The translations under genes were made by a program, and so were the position numbers. From Candidatus Bathyarchaeota archaeon (lineage in GTDB: Archaea > Thermoproteota > Bathyarchaeia > Bathyarchaeales > Bathycorpusculaceae): DNA of 64,000 nucleotides. Positions 43,865-53,609 of the stretch are shown here, piece after piece (position 1 is the stretch's first letter; each line of letters opens with the position of its first letter). The stretch lies in contig JAGTQZ010000003.1 in NCBI GenBank assembly GCA_018396705.1, forward strand, positions 168,711 to 232,710. Direction: 5' to 3'. The notes under the pieces were generated by a model. That model was not told where the DNA came from. It saw only the letters and a list, made by a program, of their open reading frames with translations, and did no database searches.

Positions 43865-44185
43865 TCACTCTGTAGCTAATAACAGTAGTCCACAAACTAG
43901 ATTAGTTATTCCCATGAAGCTTGTTGCAATGATGGTGAAAGGTTTCAGCTGAGATATGAGGAACATTTGGGTATTTATAAAAAACTGCAAGAGTAGCATA
44001 AATGTGGAGAGGCTTGCGCTGGTTATAAGCAAAGCAGCAGTGTATTTGCGCATGCGAGAGCAAACTTCAAATACTTTAAAGCGCTCTTCTCCTGTGGTGT
44101 CTGTTATGAGGTTGTCCGAGCTGCTGTAGATTGACGTATGTGACGTCCGTGGGCGGATATAACTTTTTCTACGTTTTCGAGGCAT
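43865..44185 (-). CDS. Hypothetical protein with a basic N-terminus and a 2-TM C-terminal hairpin
   Basis: 106-aa ORF. The C-terminal hairpin ends in NLVCGLLLLATE, resembling the two small ORFs at 45723..46190. Confidence 0.45.
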   Translation of the reverse strand: MPRKRRKSYIRPRTSHTSIYSSSDNLITDTTGEERFKVFEVCSRMRKYTAALLITSASLSTFMLLLQFFINTQMFLISQLKPFTIIATSFMGITNLVCGLLLLATE

Positions 44186-44247
44186 GAAGTTTCGATTTGT
44201 AAAGGTAGATGTCCCCTAGTATTAAGTCTTGTGGGCATTTTAATTTC

Positions 44248-45714
44248 CTATTCTGATGTTGTTATATTAAAAACTCCTGCTAAAATTTGTACAGCACTTA
44301 CAAAAATCAGTATATAGAAGATTGCTTCTGCTGATACGCTGTTTAGCGTTATTTGGCTTGTTCTTATGAGGTAGGCTGTGAAGGAGGCGAAAACACCTGT
44401 GCCAAGGCTCATTCCTCCAAAAGCGATGCGTAGACGGTGATAGCCCACCATTCTAATGTAATAGACAAACAAGGCTATAATGCTGAGTTCTAAACCCAAA
44501 ATCAAAACTGCTGGTTCAATGAAGGCTACAAGGAAAATTGAGGCAGCTAATCCTGCGATAGGCGTTAAGGGATAAAAAGGTGCTTTAAAAGGTCTTTCCA
44601 AGTATGGTTTCTCTTTTCGAAGTTTTATTACTGACAAGTTGACGATCGAAAAACCGACGATAAAACCGAGATTAACTGCGTAAACCACAAAGTTTACGAG
44701 TCCGGTGGCCGTAAAAAATAGGGTGAAAACAGCGCTTATTGTTACTGCAATATAGGGTGTGCCGAAGCGCTTATGAATTTTAGAAACTTTTTGTGGGAAA
44801 TAACCGTCTCTACCCATGGCGTATAGAACCCTCGACTGAGCCATAATAGCTTCATTTGTCGCGGCTAACCCAGCAATTGCCAAGCCAATTGTCACTAAGA
44901 TGCCTCCAATCGGTCCCATTACTTGTTCCGCGACAAAAGCGATGGGTGAGGGTTGCTTGCTAAGAACTTCGGGGGGAACAACGCTGACGGCAACATACAC
45001 TATACTCGTATATAGTGCAATCAGCACAATCGACGACAGTATTATTGCCCGTGGAATGTTTTTCTCGGGATTTTTTATTTCAGCTTGAGCTGCAGCAACA
45101 GCCTCTGCTCCAAGGTAAAGTTCAAAAAGGTAGGCGATAGCCGCAAAAATTCCTAACCAGTTAGTTGGAGGTGATAAAATGGGTGCTTGTGCCTGTTGTG
45201 TATGGGGCCAGCCTCTTAAAATGTAAATGCCCAATATGGCAAGCACTAAAGCGGTTATTAGGGTTTCAACAGTTCCCGTTTCTTTAACCCCTCTTATGTT
45301 GATAATTGTGAAAATGATCACTACAAGTGCCGCTGTTAACGGAATATTGATTTTGGGAAAAATATAAGAAATAACATACGCAAAGCCTATGGAAGATAGC
45401 GCTGCGTAGAACATGTTACTTACCCATTCAAACCATCCAGTAATAAAACTGATGAAGCCGCCATATGCTGCCTTTGCGAAAGTGTATTCTCCTCCAGCCT
45501 TAGGAATAGCTGTTCCTAATTCGCAGTAGCTGAACATTGTTAGCAAACTTATGATGCCGCAAATAAAGACCACCGGAACAATACCGTATCCTGCTAGACC
45601 TGCAGCGTGACCTATTATAACGAAATTGCCCGCGCTTAACGTGCCTCCAATCCCTAACATTGTCGCGCGCAGAAGACCCAGCTCCCGTTTTAAATGCAGC
45701 TCACCCATCTGCAC
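44248..45714 (-). CDS. APC-superfamily amino acid/polyamine permease
   Basis: 488 aa, about 12-14 TM segments. N-terminus LKRELGLLRATMLGIGGTLSAGNFVI is typical of APC transporters. Confidence 0.85.
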   Translation of the reverse strand: MQMGELHLKRELGLLRATMLGIGGTLSAGNFVIIGHAAGLAGYGIVPVVFICGIISLLTMFSYCELGTAIPKAGGEYTFAKAAYGGFISFITGWFEWVSNMFYAALSSIGFAYVISYIFPKINIPLTAALVVIIFTIINIRGVKETGTVETLITALVLAILGIYILRGWPHTQQAQAPILSPPTNWLGIFAAIAYLFELYLGAEAVAAAQAEIKNPEKNIPRAIILSSIVLIALYTSIVYVAVSVVPPEVLSKQPSPIAFVAEQVMGPIGGILVTIGLAIAGLAATNEAIMAQSRVLYAMGRDGYFPQKVSKIHKRFGTPYIAVTISAVFTLFFTATGLVNFVVYAVNLGFIVGFSIVNLSVIKLRKEKPYLERPFKAPFYPLTPIAGLAASIFLVAFIEPAVLILGLELSIIALFVYYIRMVGYHRLRIAFGGMSLGTGVFASFTAYLIRTSQITLNSVSAEAIFYILIFVSAVQILAGVFNITTSE

Positions 45715-45722
45715 CGTCTCCT

Positions 45723-45944
45723 TTATTCATAGAAAAGCAGTAAACCACTTACAACTGAAAAGAAGCCAAACACCATAAAAACCAGCATGTAAAATTCTAT
45801 ATTGTCTCCGGAGAAGCCAAAAATAGATTGAACATTGAAGAAATTATAGAACAGAAGAAACGCAAAAATTAACGATATACCGCCAATAAGAGCTTGCAAC
45901 AAACCAATTGCTTTTGAAATAGCCCTTATAAATTTCATAGGCAT
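45723..45944 (-). CDS. Small 2-TM membrane protein
   Basis: 73-aa ORF ending 8 nt upstream of the permease start and abutting the preceding small ORF. Confidence 0.45.
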   Translation of the reverse strand: MPMKFIRAISKAIGLLQALIGGISLIFAFLLFYNFFNVQSIFGFSGDNIEFYMLVFMVFGFFSVVSGLLLFYE

Positions 45945-46190
45945 TTATCTCCGCAACAGTATTATCCCAGCTGTGAAATCTAATATTCCAATCAAAAAGA
46001 GAGTTAACATCAGCAAGGACATGTGTAGTTCATGTTGAAAGACTGTGGTGTCAATAAGGTTGAATAAAATTAGCAAGGTTACTCCTGTCAAAATTGCCCC
46101 AATCATTATGAGAAAACCTCCTATTGCTACGCATATCCTTTCTCGCTTTTTCATACGCCTCGCTAACCAAATTCTATTTTTAGTTAACAC
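45945..46190 (-). CDS. Small 2-TM membrane protein (paralogue-like)
   Basis: 81-aa ORF. Its stop directly abuts the start of 45723..45944. Confidence 0.45.
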   Translation of the reverse strand: MLTKNRIWLARRMKKRERICVAIGGFLIMIGAILTGVTLLILFNLIDTTVFQHELHMSLLMLTLFLIGILDFTAGIILLRR

Positions 46191-46338
46191 AAAAGATAAA
46201 AGTTAGCTTACTTTTTTAAACGCGCATAAACCTTATGGAAATTATAGTTGAGGAAATGACAACAGCGACAGGACAAATTACTTTTTAAGCTTTGGAAGAA
46301 ATCATTAATAGTTGGGTTCGTGATCTTATAATTTTAAG

Positions 46339-47019
46339 GTGTGCTTGTTGGTTGTTTCGAGAGAGCTATTGGCCAAGCTTATTGATTCCACAATGGTTAA
46401 GGCTACAGCCACAAGGAGTGAAGTTGAAAAGCTTTGCCGAGAAGCTGTCCAGTATGGTTTTAGATGCGTCATTGTGAACCCCGTTTATGTGCGTCTTGCA
46501 GCGTCTAGATTGAGGGGCACAGATGTCAAGGTTGGCTCCACAGTGGGTTTTCCATTTGGGGTTTCTTTGTCCGACATTAAGGCTTTGGAGGCTGTTAAAG
46601 CTGTAGAGGATGGGGCATGTGAGCTTGACATGGTTATGAACCTCAGCGCTTTCAAATCCGGCGACTATGATCTGGTTAAGCGGGACATCGAAGCGGTAGT
46701 GGCGGTAAAACGATTATATAGCGACATAATCGTTAAAGTGATAATTGAAACTCCATTACTAACAAATGAAGAGAAGGTTGCCGCATGTAAGATTGTTAAG
46801 GAGGTTGGGGCGGACTTCGTTAAAACTTCTACGGGTCTTTTTGGCAAAGGTGTCACGGTGGAGGATGTCAAGCTTATGCGTCAAGTTGTTGGAAAAGATT
46901 TTGGAGTTAAAGCTGCCGGCGGTATAAGAACTTATACGGATGCTATAGCCATGATTGAGGCGGGCGCCAACCGCATAGGAACAAGCGCTGCAACAGCGAT
47001 AATTCAAGGTGCACCATAA
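46339..47019 (+). CDS. deoC: Deoxyribose-phosphate aldolase
   Basis: LIDSTMVKATAT, VGFPFG, ELDMVMN and Schiff-base Lys context ADFVKTSTGL. Confidence 0.88.
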   Translation: MCLLVVSRELLAKLIDSTMVKATATRSEVEKLCREAVQYGFRCVIVNPVYVRLAASRLRGTDVKVGSTVGFPFGVSLSDIKALEAVKAVEDGACELDMVMNLSAFKSGDYDLVKRDIEAVVAVKRLYSDIIVKVIIETPLLTNEEKVAACKIVKEVGADFVKTSTGLFGKGVTVEDVKLMRQVVGKDFGVKAAGGIRTYTDAIAMIEAGANRIGTSAATAIIQGAP

Positions 47020-47023
47020 AAAG

Positions 47024-48976
47024 TTACATTCTTTCTGGCGCTGTTATTCCTATAAGGTTTAGGGCGTTTCTTAAAACTATTCGGACAGCATCAACAAGCG
47101 CCAGTCTTGCGTCGCTAAGTTCGGGCGGTTCAGCTTTAATAACTGGAAAGCCATTGTAAAACGTGTTGAATTTATCGGCCAGAGCGTTTGCGTATTCAGC
47201 TATGAGGTTTGGTTTAAGGGTTTCAGCAGCTTCAACAAAGTTTTCCGGAAATTCTGCAAGAGCGAAAACAAGTTCGTGCTCAAGCCTTTCCTTTAGGAGG
47301 CTGTAATCCGGTTTTTCAGGTTTTCTTGCAGCCTTACGCATTATGCTGCATGCTCGTGCATGCGAGTACTGAATGTAAGGTGCACTGTTCTTCTCAAAGT
47401 TTAAAACGCGGTCCCAGTTAAATTCGACTGGTTTAGCTGGGTCAACTTCCACAAGCGCGTAACGGACAGCACCTATGCCCACAATTTCAGCAACCCTATG
47501 TTTTTCCCCTTCAGAAAGCTGGGGTGAACGCTTTGAGACCTCTTCGTAAGCTCTTCTCGTGGCTTCGTCTAAAACTTCGTCTAAGGTTATGTAGCGTCCT
47601 CGACGGCTTGACATTTTGTAGCCTGGCAAAGTTACCAAGTTATATGCGAAGTGGGTCAGGTTTTCGGCGTATTTGCCGTAGCCCAAGGCGTATAATGCTA
47701 TTTTTAATTGAAGCTGTGCAAGCGATTGCTCCATTCCAATGACGTTTATACATCTTTCAGCTTTCCTAAACTTCCATAAAGTGTAGGCTATGTCTCTGGT
47801 AGTATACAACGTTGTGCCATCAGCTCGGACAAGCGTTAAACTTGGCACTTCATAGTCCTTTCTTAAGCCAAGTTTTTCTCGTAGGTTCAAGTCTTCAACA
47901 ACTTTTCCGGCTTCAAATTCGAGAACACCACCAAGAACGGAAACGTAAGGCGTTTGTTTAAGTTTCTGAAGAGTTTCTGCGACCAGTCCATTCCACACAA
48001 GGTCACTTTCCCAGTCCCAAGAATCATAAAACACACCAGCTCGGCTCAATGTTTCCTTGAAACCTTCAAGGCATAGTTGGCTCACTTCACGGATGAGCTT
48101 TTTAGCCTTTTCGTCTCCGGCTTCATAGGCTCTGTTTAGCTCGCTTATTCTTTCTTCCGGATCCTGGTCTTCACCTATCTTTTGTAGAAGCTTTTCAAAA
48201 AGTTCCGGATGTTTTTGTTTCAGTTCAAATGCTATGGACATCCAATCGTCAAGTTCTCTATTGATTTTTAGGATTTCTTCTTCAGCTGAAACAGTCTTCG
48301 CCCTTTCAAGTTCTCGTTTAAGCCTGTTTATTTCGACGAGGCAGCTTGTTATAGTGTAGATTTTTCCTATGAAGTGATCTGACTTTTCCATTGGTTTTGG
48401 TCTTTCGAGCTTCTCATATCCATATGCAATTACGGCTGTTTGTCTTCCAACGTCGTCCACGTAATAGTGACGGAACACCGTGTGTCCTCTCGCAGATAAG
48501 ATGCGTGCAAGGGCGTCACCTAACATGGGGTTTCTAGCTTGTCCAATGTGAATTGGATGAAGCGGATTCACACTCGTATGCTCAACAATAATCCTCAATG
48601 GTTTTTCAACTTTAACTAGTCCATAGTCAGCGTCTAATTTTCGGACGGATTCTATTGTCAAGGCTGAAAAACGTTCAAAGTTAACGTAAAAGTTTATGTA
48701 ACCTCCACCAGCTGCTGTGGCTTCCTTCACAAGCGAGTACTTTGACTTGTCCATAGCTTGGACCAGACGATGCGCCAGAATCAGAGGCTTTTCATCCATG
48801 TGTCTTGCAATTTCAAAGCAGATGGATGTGGCAAGTTGCCCAAAATCCCAGATTGGAGGCTTTTCAAAGGTGAACTTTTTTGTAGGCAAGTTTTCTATTT
48901 GGAGTTTGCTTATAGCTTCTTCCAGTAAGGCTTCGCATTCTTTTTTCAGTTCAGCCAAAGGGTTTTCTGAGATCAT
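47024..48976 (-). CDS. argS: Arginine--tRNA ligase
   Basis: 650 aa. HTSVNPLHPIHIGQARNPMLGD (HIGH region), MSSRRG (KMSKS-equivalent) and the DALR anticodon-binding C-terminus. Confidence 0.95.
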   Translation of the reverse strand: MISENPLAELKKECEALLEEAISKLQIENLPTKKFTFEKPPIWDFGQLATSICFEIARHMDEKPLILAHRLVQAMDKSKYSLVKEATAAGGGYINFYVNFERFSALTIESVRKLDADYGLVKVEKPLRIIVEHTSVNPLHPIHIGQARNPMLGDALARILSARGHTVFRHYYVDDVGRQTAVIAYGYEKLERPKPMEKSDHFIGKIYTITSCLVEINRLKRELERAKTVSAEEEILKINRELDDWMSIAFELKQKHPELFEKLLQKIGEDQDPEERISELNRAYEAGDEKAKKLIREVSQLCLEGFKETLSRAGVFYDSWDWESDLVWNGLVAETLQKLKQTPYVSVLGGVLEFEAGKVVEDLNLREKLGLRKDYEVPSLTLVRADGTTLYTTRDIAYTLWKFRKAERCINVIGMEQSLAQLQLKIALYALGYGKYAENLTHFAYNLVTLPGYKMSSRRGRYITLDEVLDEATRRAYEEVSKRSPQLSEGEKHRVAEIVGIGAVRYALVEVDPAKPVEFNWDRVLNFEKNSAPYIQYSHARACSIMRKAARKPEKPDYSLLKERLEHELVFALAEFPENFVEAAETLKPNLIAEYANALADKFNTFYNGFPVIKAEPPELSDARLALVDAVRIVLRNALNLIGITAPERM

Positions 48977-49146
48977 TAAGTTTTCGCCTTCTTATGACCT
49001 ACAGTTAAGAGAGAATACCTAACGTATAAGCTTATAAAAACAAACTGTTAACATATCTTCCACTTTAGCCACATGGGGACTCGCGCAATAATGTCTTCAA
49101 GGTGAGAAAGTGAAGGAGCAAAATAATCTGAAAGGAGTGGCATGAT

Positions 49147-50001
49147 ATGAAGCCGAAGATAGTATTTTCTGAAAAATGTTTGGAGTATGGATCGTGGCAT
49201 ATTGAGAGCCCGAGGCGGGTGCAAATAGCCTACGAAATATTAAAGGAAAAAGGCTACGAGTTTGTCGAACCCGAACCAGCAAGCGAAGAAGACTTACTTA
49301 AAGTTCATAGTGTAGAATATATTCAACTGCTTAAGCGAGGTAACATTGAAGACCCTGATACTCCAGCCTACGAAAACATTTATGAATACGCGAGGCTCTC
49401 TGCGGGAGGAGCCATCCTAGCCGCAAAAATAAACGGTTTCTCCCTGATGAGGCCGCCGGGACACCATGCTGGCAAATTTGGCGCTGCTTTGGGAGCCTAC
49501 ACAAAGGGTTTTTGTTATATAAACAACATCTCCGTAGCCGTTAAACACCTAGGCAAGCCCACACTGATTTTAGACATTGACGGCCATCATGGAAACGGCA
49601 CACAGGAAATTTTCTTAAGGGACCCGAAAGTTATCTTTATTTCCCTGCATAGGTATCCTCACTATCCGGGAACCGGCGTCAATTCTGAGGATAATTGCCT
49701 AAATTTTCCATTGCCGGCGGATTGTGGAGAGACAGTTTACCTAAAAACTCTTGAGGAAGCCATAAAAAGGGTGAATATGCAGAAAATTGAGGTTATTGCT
49801 GTTTCAGCTGGATTCGATGCTTACGTTGGAGATTTGGCTTCTTTAGGGTTAACTGAGAAAACTTACAGAAAAATAGGTGAGATGCTGGCTTCTTTCGGTA
49901 AGCCAACGTTTTTCGTTTTGGAGGGTGGCTATGTCGGCGAGAACGTTGGAAAGTGTGTGGATGAGCTGCTTAAAGCGTTCAGCCAGCACTCCGGACGTTA
50001 A
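49147..50001 (+). CDS. Histone deacetylase-family (arginase-fold) deacetylase, short form
   Basis: RPPGHHAG, LDIDGHHGNGTQEIF and the GFD...D metal ligands (SAGFDAYVGD). Confidence 0.85.
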   Translation: MKPKIVFSEKCLEYGSWHIESPRRVQIAYEILKEKGYEFVEPEPASEEDLLKVHSVEYIQLLKRGNIEDPDTPAYENIYEYARLSAGGAILAAKINGFSLMRPPGHHAGKFGAALGAYTKGFCYINNISVAVKHLGKPTLILDIDGHHGNGTQEIFLRDPKVIFISLHRYPHYPGTGVNSEDNCLNFPLPADCGETVYLKTLEEAIKRVNMQKIEVIAVSAGFDAYVGDLASLGLTEKTYRKIGEMLASFGKPTFFVLEGGYVGENVGKCVDELLKAFSQHSGR

Positions 50002-50015
50002 AATTTATCAGCGGG

Positions 50016-50597
50016 ATGGAGCATTTTAGAAAGAATATGAAGCATTTTAATGGTAAAGCGGCTGGAGCCTTAATATTCGTCGGTGCTGTCCAGTTTATTT
50101 TAAGCATGTTAATTGCTGAATGCCTTTATCCTAACTATAGCGTTTCAAGCAATTACATAAGCGACTTAGGAAAATTAGACGCTGCATCTGCTCCGGTTTT
50201 CAACACGTCGGTTTTCGTGCTTGGGTTTACGGTTGTAATTGGCACTTATTTTCTGAGACGAACTATCCGCGGAAAGGTTTTCCTAGGCTTCCTAGTTTTG
50301 TGCGGAATAGGTGCCATGGGTGTTGGAATATTTCCAGAAGACTTTGGCATATTGCACACAATAGTCTCCTTAATTGCATTTCTATTCGGAGCTTTATCCG
50401 CCATAGCCTCCCATGGATATCAGAAGCCGCCTTTATCTTATTTCGCTGTAGTTTTGGGCTTAACTTCACTGGCGGCGCTTGTGATGTTCGCCACAAACAT
50501 TTACCTAGGGTTGGGCAAAGGTGGAATGGAACGCATGATAGCCTATCCGGTGTTGCTTTGGGCTATAGCATTCGGTGGACATTTAATGAAAGAGTAG
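50016..50597 (+). CDS. DUF998-family membrane protein
   Basis: AVQFILSMLIAECLYPNYSVSSNYISDLG, then six hydrophobic segments. Confidence 0.7.
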   Translation: MEHFRKNMKHFNGKAAGALIFVGAVQFILSMLIAECLYPNYSVSSNYISDLGKLDAASAPVFNTSVFVLGFTVVIGTYFLRRTIRGKVFLGFLVLCGIGAMGVGIFPEDFGILHTIVSLIAFLFGALSAIASHGYQKPPLSYFAVVLGLTSLAALVMFATNIYLGLGKGGMERMIAYPVLLWAIAFGGHLMKE

Positions 50598-50608
50598 AGA
50601 CCGCAGCA

Positions 50609-52288
50609 CTAGCGCTTTTCCCTAGCGTTTTTGTTCATGCGAAACACTAGAACCGTGGATGATACTGTGAGAAGCGCCATTAATAGCAGAGGCACTGTCG
50701 GGAATTCTGGAATTATGAAATCCGACAACATAACCGTAACCTGCATATTTCTTGTTACATTTATGGTGGTTGTGTTGCTGTAAGTTTCATATGATACCGT
50801 GATATTATGGGAGCCTTGCGGATACTCGCATGTCGCATTGATAATGCTGGAGAGTACTGTCAGCCTTGCCCATCCGGTAGCGTTTGTCTGTTCCCTTGCG
50901 GTTTCTGTTCCATCCGAGCATACAACGGTTATATTTGCCCCTGGAACGTTCTGCCCAGTAGAATCAACTACGTGAACGTCAAGATACCAGTTGACAAAAA
51001 TTAGAGACCGTCCTTGAACGTTTGTTGTTATGACTGTGGAGTTTACTGCACGAAGCACGGAAAAGCTATACATATAAACATTGCTAGCCCTTGAATTCTC
51101 CGCATTAACTTCAGAGGAACCGCTGATGTTAACTGACTCAACGTAAGCGTGGTGCGCGCGGATAAAGGAGGAACCCGACGCGGTTAGTAAACTCACGTGT
51201 GATGAAGACAAAACAAGTGATGCGTTTTCGCATAGCGATATTTCTGTAAAAGTGGAGTTGGAAACTTTAGCTGAGGAAAGGTCATACAGCAACAAGTAGA
51301 CTGGGCAGTTAGGGGCTAATTGTGCACCATCTATCTGCGCTATGCTATTTTCGAAAAGCTCTATTCTGAAGGAATGAGTGTTCGTGTTAATAGTGATGCT
51401 ATCCATTATTAAGCGTGGTTTTCCGCCGAAAGCATCTTTTAGAGTGATGTTAAACTGAAAGGGAGCCGTTTGTGTAAACATCAGATGCGCGTTCTCTATA
51501 ATCAGCGTGGCGTTTTCTGTCACAACTATGCTTCCATTAATGTTAAACTCTCCAGTGATTATGTAAACGTCGTTATCTGAAAGCACTAAGTCGCCTTGCC
51601 AGAAAGGCGCAGCAATCTTAATGTCATGCCAACCCCAGATAACATCGAAAGGATTGGGAGATGAGTTAAGGCCGTTGTCAGCATATGCGACACAGAAACC
51701 TACAACATCTCCAATTTTTAGGCTAAAATCGTGAGCATCGTCCATTGAATTCAATGGGTGAACAAACTCAAAATAATTGTAGATGCCATCTCCGGAAGCT
51801 GAAGCAGTTCCGTCTTGTGTTCCACCATCCGCACTGTCAGTGGGCCATCCATCACCCGCAACATAAAAAATGTCAAGAGGCAGTCCACTGATACTAGCGC
51901 ACACAAGTCCATCGTCGCCTTGCTCATGAGGTATACCATCGTGGTCGTTTTCAAAGAAGAAGCCGAAAATGTCGACTGTGCTCTCGTTGGTTCCAAAGTC
52001 ATCATCGGTTATCTTTGCAGCCAAATACAAGTTTTCATAGTCATTCATAACATAAATTGTACCATTGTATACAAGGCTTGAAGCAGTCAAGCTGAAATTA
52101 ATTTTTGCCGCTGCACTCCATTCAGCGGCATTTATGACACCGTCTATTGTTGGCTGGTTCCAAGTCCAAGCAGACAACAAAACATCGCTGTGCGCCATCA
52201 CCAAAGAGGAACGCGTAACCAAACCAATTTGCAGAACAACTGATAATAGAAGAAAAGCCAGAAAAACGGATACTTTTTTCTTTTCCAT
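50609..52288 (-). CDS. Secreted surface protein: CBM9/DOMON-like N-terminal module, beta-helix-like middle, PEF-CTERM-like anchor
   Basis: Signal peptide MEKKKVSVFLAFLLLSVVLQIGLV. WNQPTIDGVINAAEWSAAAKINF...YVMNDYENLYLAAKITDDDF. C-terminus IIPEFPTVPLLLMALLTVSSTVLVFRMNKNAREKR. Confidence 0.7.
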   Translation of the reverse strand: MEKKKVSVFLAFLLLSVVLQIGLVTRSSLVMAHSDVLLSAWTWNQPTIDGVINAAEWSAAAKINFSLTASSLVYNGTIYVMNDYENLYLAAKITDDDFGTNESTVDIFGFFFENDHDGIPHEQGDDGLVCASISGLPLDIFYVAGDGWPTDSADGGTQDGTASASGDGIYNYFEFVHPLNSMDDAHDFSLKIGDVVGFCVAYADNGLNSSPNPFDVIWGWHDIKIAAPFWQGDLVLSDNDVYIITGEFNINGSIVVTENATLIIENAHLMFTQTAPFQFNITLKDAFGGKPRLIMDSITINTNTHSFRIELFENSIAQIDGAQLAPNCPVYLLLYDLSSAKVSNSTFTEISLCENASLVLSSSHVSLLTASGSSFIRAHHAYVESVNISGSSEVNAENSRASNVYMYSFSVLRAVNSTVITTNVQGRSLIFVNWYLDVHVVDSTGQNVPGANITVVCSDGTETAREQTNATGWARLTVLSSIINATCEYPQGSHNITVSYETYSNTTTINVTRNMQVTVMLSDFIIPEFPTVPLLLMALLTVSSTVLVFRMNKNAREKR

Positions 52289-52407
52289 TCAAACTCCTCT
52301 GTAGAGATGATTCTAAACGATACGATGGGAAAGCTACATAAGCATTATGAACAGCAAATGAAAATTCAAAATCAAAAATTCTATAAAGCTTAAGACGGAA
52401 AATGCGT

Positions 52408-53517
52408 TTAGATAAGATTTAGCACATTCTCTGCTATGAAGTCGATTTGCTCGACTTTTACGCCCGGGTGAACTGGAAGCGAAAACACTTGCTCTGATGT
52501 TCTTTCTGTTTCGGTAAGCTTCAATCGCCTGAATCTGCGGTACGGGAGCATTAGATGGATTGGCCAAGGATAGTATACCTCGGTGCCAATTCCCTTGCTC
52601 TTGAGTTGCTCAACAACCGCGTCTCGCTTCTGTCTGGGGGCTCCTTTAAGTCTGACAGTATAGAGGTACCAGCTGTTTTTGCAGTTGGGTTGCTCCCTCG
52701 GCAGTTGCAGTTTTTCCGCTGTACAGAGTTTTGCGGTAAGCCTTTCAGCGTTTTTCATTCGCGCAGCTAGAAACCCCGGTAATTTTTCCAGTTGAACAAG
52801 GCCTATGGCTGCTTCGATTTCTGGCATTCTGTAGTTATGGCCTATAAGGTTCGATGTGTATTTTTGCCGTTCTCCGTGGCAGCGTATGAGCCTTAATTTC
52901 TCGGCTAAATCGCCGTCATTTGTTGTTATCATACCGCCCTCGCCGGTGGTCATGTTTTTGCTGCCATAAAAACTCCAACAAGTAACATCAGCATAAGCGC
53001 CAACTGGCTTGCCATCGTAAACAGCGCCATGGGCCTGAGCTGCATCCTCTATGACTTTTAATCCATACTTGTCCGCTATTTCCCGTATCGGCTTCATATC
53101 TGCTGGTGCACCGTACAGGTCTACGGCGACTATGGCCTTCGTCCGTTTTGTTATAGCCTTTTCAACCTCTTCTGGGGAAATAGTGTAAGTTTCAGGGTCT
53201 ATATCTACAAAGACAGGCCTTGCTCCAGCTAGCACCACTGCCTCCGCTGTTGCCACAAACGTGAAGCTTGGAAGAACCACCTCATTTCCGCGTTTTACAC
53301 CAGTCGCAACAACGGCCATGTGAAGGGCAGCGGTTCCGCTGTTGACGGCCACGGCATATTTCGATCTCATAAACCTTGCAAATTCCACTTCAAATTTTCT
53401 AACCATCGGACCAGTGCCAAGCCCATGGGTGAGTACACCGCTTTTCAAAACTTTGACAACAGCTTCAATTTCTTTTTCCCCTATCTGCGGAGCGTTTATT
53501 GGAATCAAAAGCTCCAC
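52408..53517 (-). CDS. DegT/DnrJ/EryC1/StrS-family PLP-dependent sugar aminotransferase
   Basis: IPINAPQIGEKEIEAV..., FVATAEAV, and the PLP-Lys region SFYGSKNMTTGEGGMI. The track ORF extends to 53574 (TTG), but the GTG at 53517 fits the family N-terminus better. Confidence 0.88.
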   Translation of the reverse strand: MELLIPINAPQIGEKEIEAVVKVLKSGVLTHGLGTGPMVRKFEVEFARFMRSKYAVAVNSGTAALHMAVVATGVKRGNEVVLPSFTFVATAEAVVLAGARPVFVDIDPETYTISPEEVEKAITKRTKAIVAVDLYGAPADMKPIREIADKYGLKVIEDAAQAHGAVYDGKPVGAYADVTCWSFYGSKNMTTGEGGMITTNDGDLAEKLRLIRCHGERQKYTSNLIGHNYRMPEIEAAIGLVQLEKLPGFLAARMKNAERLTAKLCTAEKLQLPREQPNCKNSWYLYTVRLKGAPRQKRDAVVEQLKSKGIGTEVYYPWPIHLMLPYRRFRRLKLTETERTSEQVFSLPVHPGVKVEQIDFIAENVLNLI

Positions 53518-53609
53518 TCCCAATACTGTGTATTCAAAAATTATTAAAAAACTTGCTGTAAGACAAAAGAACAAAAGGGAAAAGCTACAAATGTTAACGA
53601 TCTACCGTT

